Origin: a virus
DNA length: 64,000 bases
IMG/VR virus record: IMGVR_UViG_3300025009_000007
Direction: 5' to 3' (one strand)
Shown here: in pieces, positions 56,001 to 64,000 of the stretch
Position numbering within the stretch: position 1 is the stretch's first letter
Layout of the letters: each line of letters begins with the position of its first letter
Translations under genes and position numbers: made by a program
The notes under the pieces: model-generated
The model's database searches: none
Told to the model about the DNA's origin: nothing
Seen by the model: the letters and a program-made list of their open reading frames with translations, nothing else

Positions 56001-57350
56001 TAATCCATTTAATAGTTGTTCATTTTCTTTAACCTGCTGAGTCTGTCTATTTCTATATTCCTTATCATCATTTCTATTAGCTAAATCCACAGGAGCTTGT
56101 ACTAATACATGTTGTACTGGTCCACCGAATAAACCCATGAAACCTTCCAATTGAGTAGAAGGATCTGTAAAGAAATCCCATGTTCGTTTAATAGGATCAC
56201 TAGATATATCACTAACGTCCATACCAGCATTCTTCATTGCCTGATACTCACCTTCCTTTTGAAATAATCCTTGACCAACTTCCTCCGCGTATTCTGTAGG
56301 AGCTTGTTTAGCAATCATCATTGCTGTATTCTTAATAGACTTTTCTTTCAATAAGTTCCTTGTAAATCCTTGTCCCCTAAACATTCCATTAATTGCTAGC
56401 GCATCGGATATCATGAATATTCTATTACGATCAATAAACTTACTCATTTCCTCTCCAGCATAACTTCTAATCTCTTTTTCAGCTTTATCGCGTTGAGCAA
56501 GGAATTCATCACTGTTTACTAATTCAAGAGCCTTTTCAGATACAGTTCTATTATCTAATGTTGGATTAATAGATTTAACTTGTTCAAAGGCTGTCTTGTA
56601 TAATTGATCGTCTACTTGAGACATTCTATCGTTTACAATTTTACCGAATGATTCAACAGCCATCATCTTACCCTCTGCATAATTAGTAACTAGTGCGGTA
56701 GTTCCTGTGGCAATAGCATTTTCTATGGGGGCACCAAACTTACCTAATGATGTTAGGAATTTAGCTCCTCTACCTACAGTAGCTCCAACTCCGGCTCCAA
56801 CTATTCCAAAGCCTACAGCACTATCCACTATTCCTTGTAGTGCAGTCCAGTAAAAACCAGGATCACTCATATCTATAGGGTCTTCAGGATTATATCTAAA
56901 AATAGGATGATTCTTGTCAAAACTATCCTTAACACTCTTAGCAAAATTAGATATAGCATTTCCTTCCATATCATCAACTCCAGTGAAACTGTTAATATGA
57001 GATTCAAAGTCTAATAAATAACTTGTATCTTCTAAAGCTGTAAGTACTCCTTTATATAAACCACCACCTATAGCTCTACCTGCTTGTTCAGTCCAAGGTT
57101 GTTGTGATGCTCTTATATAATCTAGCCCATATTCCTCTATATCGGAAGGTAAAGTACGTGCATCATACTTTGATTGACCAGCTCCAATATTACCCATAAA
57201 ACCTTGTTGTTCTCCACTATAAGAGGAAGGTACTAAAGAATATAAATCTTCTTTACTTAAATTAAGATTTATATCAGTTGTTTTAGGATTAGTACTCTTA
57301 CTCCTTGGATCAATTAAGTTATCTTTAGTTATGTTGATATCAAGTTCCAT
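53058..57350 (-). CDS. large virion-associated protein with glycine-zipper and long coiled-coil regions, 1430 aa
   Basis: Long ORF. GFGIVGAGVGATVGRG segment. Extended Glu/Lys/Gln-rich heptad region. C-terminus ...DRINKCK. Confidence 0.75.
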   Translation of the reverse strand: MELDINITKDNLIDPRSKSTNPKTTDINLNLSKEDLYSLVPSSYSGEQQGFMGNIGAGQSKYDARTLPSDIEEYGLDYIRASQQPWTEQAGRAIGGGLYKGVLTALEDTSYLLDFESHINSFTGVDDMEGNAISNFAKSVKDSFDKNHPIFRYNPEDPIDMSDPGFYWTALQGIVDSAVGFGIVGAGVGATVGRGAKFLTSLGKFGAPIENAIATGTTALVTNYAEGKMMAVESFGKIVNDRMSQVDDQLYKTAFEQVKSINPTLDNRTVSEKALELVNSDEFLAQRDKAEKEIRSYAGEEMSKFIDRNRIFMISDALAINGMFRGQGFTRNLLKEKSIKNTAMMIAKQAPTEYAEEVGQGLFQKEGEYQAMKNAGMDVSDISSDPIKRTWDFFTDPSTQLEGFMGLFGGPVQHVLVQAPVDLANRNDDKEYRNRQTQQVKENEQLLNGLIAQRTKNEQLKNDAFKRGNTAVYNLIKDDEFSQLAYRNFTSGTTENLETDLKEVSEMTPEEATAKGYEPTYKQDADDRLSQLLELEKDYTKIARKFSGEKENLLHNKLYTINARRNAITNEIGKLKQEQSDLVNKLKNEIQTLDNTTVSSDQMRLKNIESSIQLLGKTKAKVTAARNEALLKPNARLKKAELTYYNELAILNNMKASKDKFTQDELLTKNNEVVALRDNYNRLSNFAGEETKNQDTVDRVNKLHDGRIKGIGDQIEQLQKEKDEVKNKLKDNKEKISAFNEKDYSKWEDIKELEEFITDLSEVKKAYDTEYSNIVSKKAQYISEITKAQAEAEAKAVQEDVNKAKTTQDKKDIIDGQSNPEVKDNLHKDNDKKIQDDERANREEAGKRAVVTNPKVVEETKATQETHEKISEPPLDGEVIRDIEKDVKNTEDFVRDLNREPSGSDQGEITYEYKRSKKGWDILAYLSRMYEKFMIGKAVYIKDIDDALNEESFIKILNPNKYGAGTKVILKEVNNLTTVINFTTKETWGEFVEKIKTSDDIENLYRDNVPIGLYDENDNLIGYLHTDEWISEEHIYGDVEKAKNNLRTIREYITKNTKFATTIKSKATGYLFRSIEGAQKLSKINNDPNVIYAVGGRDDFFTTEGIEHLNIKNRDKVISGRPYMIVQTGIDEKGKVYIAFPVVNDMLINSKNVEKITESILNAIRIYYKRARNEDLTTDEKNVEKAIGDLGTYTGLTEYINQFVQVYFNAGNLLKDEVRKFKNASTKTLFSIDRQQIRFITEGAESFLNPLNTTPQQLEKLLDKLATKILPVMYSNISKNTLINPNKPVKAIIKTDEGYATEDIYNNYVDYMKENTKTDILSKEIDNVDGKPVFSYTIQPRIVIDFDEIVPPEIDKPSTKEDTTVTENVTTSEQVDDGYVDMNFTDTFGNPDIDGFTFGTDESPFLPEEVLEKVKTITDDEVTDRINKCK

Positions 57351-57354
57351 AATA

Positions 57355-59127
57355 TTATTTTTCTGGTTGTAAAAAGTTAGTATCTTCCAATATACCTAAT
57401 GTATAATCAGCCAAATCATCTACTGTCAAATTTAAATTAGAAAACTTTCTATTGTCTTTAGTATAAGCTTCTATAATTGGAACAAATTGATATCCTTCAC
57501 CATTAAATTGTATTTCATTTCTAACTTTGAAATAATCTATACCGTGATCAGCTAGAGTTGGAATACTATTCTGAATTTTATAACTATCACCATTCTCTTT
57601 AACAATTCCATATTTACTTCCTAGTTTATCAAGTTTGCTACTATTATTATCAGTTCTAATTGCTTCGGCAACTGCCCATACAGAAGAACTAATTCCTTCA
57701 ACTTCAGTTCCCGGAGACACCTGTAATTCCAAAGTACTTCCATCAGGACGTAATGTTGTTGCTAGAATTGCACCCGGCATATCACCAGTGAATGTAATTC
57801 CTTGATAAGATGTATTAATTAAAGCATCCTTAGAATTATCATAACCTGATAATTTTGTGAAGTCTTTAATATTATCCTTACCAATCATAGGATGCTTATT
57901 ATTATCAGTATCATATACATTAAACTTACGTAAAACAATATCTCCATGTTTACCAGTTTCTTTAGTACCTTTAAAGAATAATTCATCTCCTTGTTGAAGT
58001 TTATATTTAAAAGATGGTTGAGTTAAACTTCCATATTCTCCACTATAATAATCTTGCATTGTATTATATATTTCTGCAACTTTTTCCACTGGAGTATTAG
58101 ATAAGTTTAATTCAGGATGTTTATTTGCAAATGTTGCAACCTTCTTTTTATTTTCCAAAGCTTTAGCATTTCTAGGAACTAAGGCATCAATTCCTCCCCA
58201 ACCTTCTTTTACTCCAAAAGCTCCTTGAGTTTCATCATACTTATCAGGATCTGTAGGAAGTTTATCTGTCTGTGTATTCTTTTGAAGTGATCTAGGAATA
58301 CTTGTAGTTTCCCAATAATTAGATTTATCTGGAGTATCTGTACTAGGTTTGTAATTTGGATTACCCATAACATCTACTTTCCAAGTACCTACCTTACCAG
58401 CTATCTCTCCATATAAATAATCCTTAGCATATTTAAGTGGATCCTTTCCTTGTGATTTAGCTATCTCTGCCATCTCAGGAGCAGTTTCTAAAAACTTAGC
58501 AACATTTTCATCTGACAATACTCTATCAGCTTCAGCTTGTGAAAAACCTATAGTGCTTCTTAATAGCCAAGGATTCTTCCCATCTACTTTCCATTCACTT
58601 TGTTTACCTTGAACTTGAGGATCTAACCAATTTCTACCTTTAGCCTGTATTTTAGACTTGTCATATAATTTATATTCAAAATCTTCTGGACTAGCCAACT
58701 TACCATCTTTTGATAAACTCATTGAAGGAGCTTTTAATTCAAGTACATTCTCAGCACCAATACGATTCACTTGATCTTGATATTCAGCTACCTTCTTTTG
58801 TTGAAGAGCATTTAATCCATAGAAAGGGTTATTTCTTTCCTTAACAATAAGATTAGCTAAATCCTTTGAAGCAGCTCCATAATCACCATTATAACGTTTA
58901 AGAATATCTTGTTTATTCTGTTCAAACCTATTCATAACTTGTTGCTTAGCCTCTTCATCTAAAGAGAATATACTATTAAGTTTAGCTTGTTCGTCTGCTG
59001 TACCACCAAATGCAGTATCATATTTATTTTGAGAACGCAATAATATTTGTTGACTCATTTGTTCCATACCAGGATCAAATTGAGAAGTGTATTTTACTGG
59101 TTGTGCTAGTTGTCTATATTGTGCCAT
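57355..59127 (-). CDS. virion-associated protein (590 aa), function unknown
   Basis: Long ORF tightly packed in the late block. Confidence 0.7.
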   Translation of the reverse strand: MAQYRQLAQPVKYTSQFDPGMEQMSQQILLRSQNKYDTAFGGTADEQAKLNSIFSLDEEAKQQVMNRFEQNKQDILKRYNGDYGAASKDLANLIVKERNNPFYGLNALQQKKVAEYQDQVNRIGAENVLELKAPSMSLSKDGKLASPEDFEYKLYDKSKIQAKGRNWLDPQVQGKQSEWKVDGKNPWLLRSTIGFSQAEADRVLSDENVAKFLETAPEMAEIAKSQGKDPLKYAKDYLYGEIAGKVGTWKVDVMGNPNYKPSTDTPDKSNYWETTSIPRSLQKNTQTDKLPTDPDKYDETQGAFGVKEGWGGIDALVPRNAKALENKKKVATFANKHPELNLSNTPVEKVAEIYNTMQDYYSGEYGSLTQPSFKYKLQQGDELFFKGTKETGKHGDIVLRKFNVYDTDNNKHPMIGKDNIKDFTKLSGYDNSKDALINTSYQGITFTGDMPGAILATTLRPDGSTLELQVSPGTEVEGISSSVWAVAEAIRTDNNSSKLDKLGSKYGIVKENGDSYKIQNSIPTLADHGIDYFKVRNEIQFNGEGYQFVPIIEAYTKDNRKFSNLNLTVDDLADYTLGILEDTNFLQPEK

Positions 59128-59129
59128 AA

Positions 59130-60086
59130 TTAAGGTTGTTTATAAGTGCCCGTATATTTCTGTTTCTTTCGGCTACCAAGAGTAACTTTATTCCAAAGAC
59201 TCTGTTCTGGATCTTCATAATATTTGTAGTCATCAGATATCATCTGAGTTAAATCATTATATTGTCTAGCTTTACTTGTATCTGCAAAGTAGTCACCTAT
59301 ATTACCAATTATACCTTGAATAGCAGCAGTCTTAGTATTCTTAACAGAATCCTTTTCACGAAGATTAGCATCCTTCTCACGCATACCAATTTCAGCATTC
59401 ATTTGACTATTCATCATACTTGCCCTATTGATTGCTTCCTTATTACTTAATTCTTCATTCAAGTAACTCTTACCAACCTGTTCACCTAATCCTCTACTAA
59501 TATCAACATTAGCAGCATTAGCTATAGTAGCAGCAGCACCGCCACTAAGACCTAAGTTACGAGCAGTACGACTAGCGCTGTTTCTATTAAGTTCAGCTGT
59601 TCTACGGGCAGCTTCCCTTTCTCTAGCCAAACTAATTAGTTCAGGTTTAATATTAACTCTATCATATTTAATATTCTCAGCTTTATTATCACCAAGTAAT
59701 AATGCATTACCTAATAGACTTGTGGCTAAAGGAATTGCACTTAATGTTGGTTTATATAATTCATCTTGTTGCTGGTCAATATCTTCATTAGTCCTATAAG
59801 TATTCATTAATGCCTCAGCTTCAGGATCAATATAATTTGCATCTATTTCATCTAATTGACTAGAATAAGGCTGTGTGTCATCATACTTAGGTAATATACT
59901 ACCACCATATTTCTTTTTCCTACTGACCATAGTAATTTTAGTAGCCTCTTGTTTCTCCTTAAGAGCATTCATTTCAAGTTCTAGTCCTTGTCGAGCTAAT
60001 GTGTCATCTTTATCGAAGTCCTTACCTAATCTAATTTTATATTTGCTCATTATGCGTGATGCCTGAGCGCTATAGCTATCTTTCAT
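59130..60086 (-). CDS. virion-associated protein (318 aa), function unknown
   Basis: ORF track. Contains a KKYGG motif. Confidence 0.65.
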   Translation of the reverse strand: MKDSYSAQASRIMSKYKIRLGKDFDKDDTLARQGLELEMNALKEKQEATKITMVSRKKKYGGSILPKYDDTQPYSSQLDEIDANYIDPEAEALMNTYRTNEDIDQQQDELYKPTLSAIPLATSLLGNALLLGDNKAENIKYDRVNIKPELISLAREREAARRTAELNRNSASRTARNLGLSGGAAATIANAANVDISRGLGEQVGKSYLNEELSNKEAINRASMMNSQMNAEIGMREKDANLREKDSVKNTKTAAIQGIIGNIGDYFADTSKARQYNDLTQMISDDYKYYEDPEQSLWNKVTLGSRKKQKYTGTYKQP

Positions 60087-60087
60087 A

Positions 60088-61371
60088 TTACTTATTTTTA
60101 TATTTTATACTGTCACTAAACACATAAGAATTATACACAACTTCGCCTTTTTCAGTCAGGGCAATAGGTTTTCTACCAGTCATTGCAGAAGGATTACCGT
60201 TTTGGTCAACAGGAATTCCTTCATCTGGGCCTTCATGTGTCTGGCCACCATATTTCCTAACTATAGGTTTCTTAACTAATCGTTTATTATTATTTAATTC
60301 TCCACCATATTGTTTAGCTTGTAAATTTAAATCATTAATATTTACATCTACTGGAGTATTCTCTGGAACAAATCTGTTTCTAACAGAACCATGTGCAGGT
60401 ATTTTAGATAAAATATTGCTATCTCTTACACCTAAATCAGATGATCCGTTACTAGGTTGTACACGTTCATATAATTCAGGATTAGATTGTATAATTTTGG
60501 TTGTCAAAGTAGGATCATTCAAATCATAATTTAATTCTCTTGCTATATTCTGAAGTTGATTAGGTGTTTGTGTAAAAGTTTTATAAGGACTTACTATTGT
60601 AGGTTCCATAATAACCTTATTCTTTGGTGCAGAAACTGATATATTTCTAGGAACTAATGGAGAAAGTGGATCGTCTACAATACCACCATTTTGATACTTT
60701 CTTAATTGTCCACCAAATTTAGCAAACTTTGTATAATTTAAATTATTATTATTTAAATTGTTCAAAGTGTTTTTGTTGATAACATTCATCTCTTGTGCAC
60801 GAGCTTTAGCTTCAGCTTTATCAGCATCAGCTTCATTATCCCTATAATCATCCATTCCAGTCATCCAACCAAATCCAGCTGCAGCCAATGCAGACTTTCC
60901 GTATTGACCTTCATCAAGATACTCACTAGATGCTGTTAAAGGATCTAACGACTCACTACCTACTTCATATCCAATTCCTTTGCCAGCGGCAACTTCGTTA
61001 TGTCCAAATTCATCGTAGTTAACATAATTTTTATTTGTCTTAACAGCTTCTCCAACAGTACCTAATACTGCATTTACTGCACCGCCTACAGGAGTTGCAT
61101 TATATACTGTACTAGCAAGACTAGATGTATTATTTGCATATTGAACATTATTAGGAGCTTTATTAGAGCCATCTATTAATTCTCCTGCAACATTAGCTAC
61201 TGTAGATGCTGTACCTAAATTACTTTGTAATGTCTGTTCCTGTTGTGGAGTAAACATTCCAGCATTTTCTTGATTGTAAGATACTACACCACCTGGACTT
61301 AGTTTAGGTAATTGACTACCACTCTTATATTTACGTAAGTTTAATTTCTTACTTTTACATTTTTTAGCCAT
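60088..61371 (-). CDS. virion-associated protein (427 aa) with repeated [KR]-x-[YF]-G-G motifs
   Basis: ORF track. AKFGGQL, KQYGGEL and RKYGGQT are present. Confidence 0.65.
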   Translation of the reverse strand: MAKKCKSKKLNLRKYKSGSQLPKLSPGGVVSYNQENAGMFTPQQEQTLQSNLGTASTVANVAGELIDGSNKAPNNVQYANNTSSLASTVYNATPVGGAVNAVLGTVGEAVKTNKNYVNYDEFGHNEVAAGKGIGYEVGSESLDPLTASSEYLDEGQYGKSALAAAGFGWMTGMDDYRDNEADADKAEAKARAQEMNVINKNTLNNLNNNNLNYTKFAKFGGQLRKYQNGGIVDDPLSPLVPRNISVSAPKNKVIMEPTIVSPYKTFTQTPNQLQNIARELNYDLNDPTLTTKIIQSNPELYERVQPSNGSSDLGVRDSNILSKIPAHGSVRNRFVPENTPVDVNINDLNLQAKQYGGELNNNKRLVKKPIVRKYGGQTHEGPDEGIPVDQNGNPSAMTGRKPIALTEKGEVVYNSYVFSDSIKYKNK

Positions 61372-61390
61372 TCTCTTATAAATTATTAAA

Positions 61391-61415
61391 CCTAATAATA
61401 TTAGATATTATTAGG
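61391..61415 (-). terminator. hairpin terminator between late genes
   Basis: CCTAATAATAT (61391-61401) pairs with ATATTATTAGG (61405-61415). On the minus strand a T-rich run follows. Confidence 0.5.
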
Positions 61416-61467
61416 TGTAAAGTTAAATCTTTATTTTATTAGTTCCAAATATATTTTATACATCTTA

Positions 61468-64000
61468 TTAACCCATCATCTTAGATAGTTTATAATTAGT
61501 TGTTAGATTATGAAGTATTAATTCCTTATTAGCATTGTTAAGAAATTTAAGTTCAATTTTAACATAACTTCCACGTATCTTAGGATCATTTGTATCTATA
61601 TCACGTATCTTATTAAATCTCCATGTACGAAGTCTTCTCTTAATATTATCGTCAGGAGTAAGAGTTAATGTATCAGTATCTTGATAATCATTATATATTC
61701 TTATTGAGTCAAATGTTTCCTGTATTTCATTACCACTACTATCATACTTCTCGGTTAACATTTCAATTGCATCATATACATTCATTATAGTACCTCTTGG
61801 ATTAACAAGAATTGTAACAGAGGATGTTAAATATTGTCCGTACAATTGCCCATAGTTACCCAAGTTATGTTTGTATATAAGATTACCATCAGTTGTACTG
61901 TAAAAATTATTATTAAATGTTATGTAGTCAACAGGTATAACAATATTTCCATTAGTAGGTAGCCTATAAATAAATCCATTATTAAGTTCACTGTATACAA
62001 GTGTGTAGTTACCAAATGTCCACCAAGCTTCATACATTAAAGGATTATATCCTGAACGTACTCTATTACTTGTAGTTACATATTGATCAAACCAACTGTT
62101 CATTCCTTGTACATCAGATATAGGCTCCAATCCACCAGTAAATCTGTACATCGTATTCTTTACACTACTATACATCAATATATTATTAGGTGTAATTAAA
62201 ACAGAATGTTTATCTGAAGCTCCAGCAAATGTATCAAGATAATCATATCTATCTAATATACCGCTTGAACCTAAAGCAAGAGTAGCAGATGTACTTGATG
62301 GAATTAATTCCTTCTCTCCAACTGGAACTGTACCAAAGGCATTAGGTTGCCAAAATAATAACTTGTCCTTGAATACTGCAAGTTTAGTTAACTTTCCATA
62401 TTGTGAGTCAACATCTAAATAATTATTTATTTTAAATTGTAACCAGGAATCTGAATACTCTCCATTAGATTTAACTTCTGAACGTCTTATCCTTGTATCA
62501 TATTCTTCTGTAGTTACTGAGTCAAATGGTATTGCTGAGTATTCTCTTGTATTATTATCTACACTATAAACGGTATTATATCTATACAATGCTGCAATTT
62601 CTATTCCAGCCTCTATATCAGCAAGTCCCTCTTCAGTAAGTTTTCTACTAGTTGTAAAATCTGTATTTGCAATTTTATTAAATCCAGTATCTAATCTTAA
62701 ATTAAGATTAGCTTGACTTTTCACAGGAAGATATAATATTTCTTGTGTCTCATCTCCTTCTGATACATCCCCATGAATATCATATATTGTTCTTAAGTAA
62801 TCAAAATATGCTGTAATACAATCACCATAATGTGCTGTGACACTTGTATTTTCTAAACTACTATAATCTGATGCAGGAACATATATATTATTAAATCTTG
62901 ATTCAAAACTACTTCCACCATAAGGATAGCCATCCTTTTTAATTAAGACATAAATTATTTGCATTGGATCTACAGAAGCATTACTAACAAAATTAAATTT
63001 ATAAGAGTCACTTCTAACATCAGTTTCAACTATAAAACATGTACCATTCTCTCCTTGTGTTCCATCACCATTGTCAAAGAAATTTATATTTCTATATGTC
63101 TTAGACCCTATGATATGGTGTGATAACTTAGAATCATAGTTTTCCAAAGGTTGCGCTTTAATTCGTTTCCAATTTTTAACATCGATCAATCTTGCAGATG
63201 GACGATTAGCTCCAGTACCAGTGTAGTATGGAGATGTAGCTGGATAGAAAGCTGAATACTTTTTTAATACCTGATTAACAGAAGTTGCTGTTGTACTAGT
63301 AGGAACATTTGTCCAAGAAGTATGAGAAATATCTCTATATTTTCCTCTACCCGCATATAGTCCTGTACCAGCACCGACTGTATTTCGTAGAAATCCTTGA
63401 TGATTTAAATAACAACCATCCAGATTTAAATCTGAAAAGAATGCTTCAGGAGTATATATTTGTATAAAACCATGATTTACTCCTACATCCGGCACATTAT
63501 CATATCTTAAATAAGTACCACCTGCATATTCGGATGCATTCATTATTTTACCGGCGCCATAAATATCTGTTTCATGATTTCCTGTTCCAGTTCCTGATAT
63601 ACTTCCATTAAGTGTGGGAGATATTACAGCTTCACCAAGAACAGTTTTATCTTTACCATCACGTTTAACTCTAAGTATTCTCCAATCCATATTTGTACCA
63701 TCATCATTAACCGGTAAATTATTTACTTTTAATGTAGGATGTAAATTTGATGTATATGTTGCTATTCCGGATATATATATGTAAGAACCACTTCTGTCTA
63801 AATAATCAGGCATTCTCATATCTATTATCCATTTAGGAAAAGATTCTCTACCTTTATTATCTCTAAATTGAATTGATAATCTATATATTTCATCCTCTTG
63901 ATAAGTCTTCCTTCTACCCAATAACTCTTGAGTTAAAGGGGCTTGAAAGGTTTGATATTCAGTTCCTTCATCTATTTTATGAAGTGTAGGACTATTAAAT
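61468..64000 (-). CDS. large structural (tail/virion) protein, 5'-truncated by the window edge
   Basis: The ORF track starts it at a TTG at 63921, but I translated the frame upstream (...FNSPTLHKIDEGTEYQTFQAPLTQEL) and it stays open to position 64000. Confidence 0.7.
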   Translation of the reverse strand, partial: FNSPTLHKIDEGTEYQTFQAPLTQELLGRRKTYQEDEIYRLSIQFRDNKGRESFPKWIIDMRMPDYLDRSGSYIYISGIATYTSNLHPTLKVNNLPVNDDGTNMDWRILRVKRDGKDKTVLGEAVISPTLNGSISGTGTGNHETDIYGAGKIMNASEYAGGTYLRYDNVPDVGVNHGFIQIYTPEAFFSDLNLDGCYLNHQGFLRNTVGAGTGLYAGRGKYRDISHTSWTNVPTSTTATSVNQVLKKYSAFYPATSPYYTGTGANRPSARLIDVKNWKRIKAQPLENYDSKLSHHIIGSKTYRNINFFDNGDGTQGENGTCFIVETDVRSDSYKFNFVSNASVDPMQIIYVLIKKDGYPYGGSSFESRFNNIYVPASDYSSLENTSVTAHYGDCITAYFDYLRTIYDIHGDVSEGDETQEILYLPVKSQANLNLRLDTGFNKIANTDFTTSRKLTEEGLADIEAGIEIAALYRYNTVYSVDNNTREYSAIPFDSVTTEEYDTRIRRSEVKSNGEYSDSWLQFKINNYLDVDSQYGKLTKLAVFKDKLLFWQPNAFGTVPVGEKELIPSSTSATLALGSSGILDRYDYLDTFAGASDKHSVLITPNNILMYSSVKNTMYRFTGGLEPISDVQGMNSWFDQYVTTSNRVRSGYNPLMYEAWWTFGNYTLVYSELNNGFIYRLPTNGNIVIPVDYITFNNNFYSTTDGNLIYKHNLGNYGQLYGQYLTSSVTILVNPRGTIMNVYDAIEMLTEKYDSSGNEIQETFDSIRIYNDYQDTDTLTLTPDDNIKRRLRTWRFNKIRDIDTNDPKIRGSYVKIELKFLNNANKELILHNLTTNYKLSKMMG

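Noticed and set aside
61446-61453. A TATATTTG (-7 type) box on the minus strand upstream of the 60088-61371 gene.
   Set aside because: No TTTG -33 element lies at 19-21 nt, and the box sits upstream of the terminator hairpin. The support is too weak to call a promoter.
41505-64000. Stop-codon reassignment (TAG or TGA recoding), as reported for some crAss-like lineages.
   Set aside because: ORFs of 1240, 2595, 1430 and more than 817 codons are uninterrupted in the standard code, and early genes also close normally. The only in-frame stop I found is the isolated TAA at 28363.

Overview
Strongly AT-rich 64-kb window that reads as a large part of a crAss-like (Crassvirales-type) podophage genome, probably infecting a Bacteroidota host. 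The host call rests on two divergent TTTG-N19/20-TAnnTTTG promoters and on A/T-rich start-codon contexts with no Shine-Dalgarno sequence. Layout: (i) 1-2552, a leftward block of small genes that includes a GroES-like ORF. (ii) 2575-2790, a divergent promoter region with an odd GC/GTAC-rich leader. (iii) 2.8-9 kb, a gene-poor accessory stretch of small lipoprotein and membrane ORFs, many long-stem hairpins and three tRNA-like genes, all with non-canonical anticodon arms. (iv) 9-41.5 kb, a rightward replication and nucleotide-metabolism module. It holds family-B DNA polymerase, SF2 helicase, DnaB-like ATPase, a VWA protein, a MoxR-like AAA+/VWA pair, TOPRIM primase, AEP prim-pol, FEN exonuclease, UDG, a DNA ligase split by an HNH-AP2 endonuclease gene, two metallophosphoesterases, MazG, an Rnl5-type RNA ligase, a radical-SAM protein and a PRTase-like protein. 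(v) 41.5-64 kb, a leftward block of giant virion or cargo genes, including a 2595-aa virion RNA polymerase candidate (DFDVD motif plus a C-terminal HExxH motif). I saw no integrase, CRISPR array, reverse transcriptase or rRNA. The giant ORFs are uninterrupted in the standard code, so I see no genome-wide stop-codon reassignment. The observations most worth follow-up are the aberrant tRNA-like genes, the GC-rich direct/inverted-repeat cassettes at 17.8-18.5 kb, the split ligase, an in-frame TAA in a small conserved-looking ORF, and the shared terminal modules at the junctions of the three giant proteins. All functional calls come from motifs read by eye; no searches or folding calculations were run.
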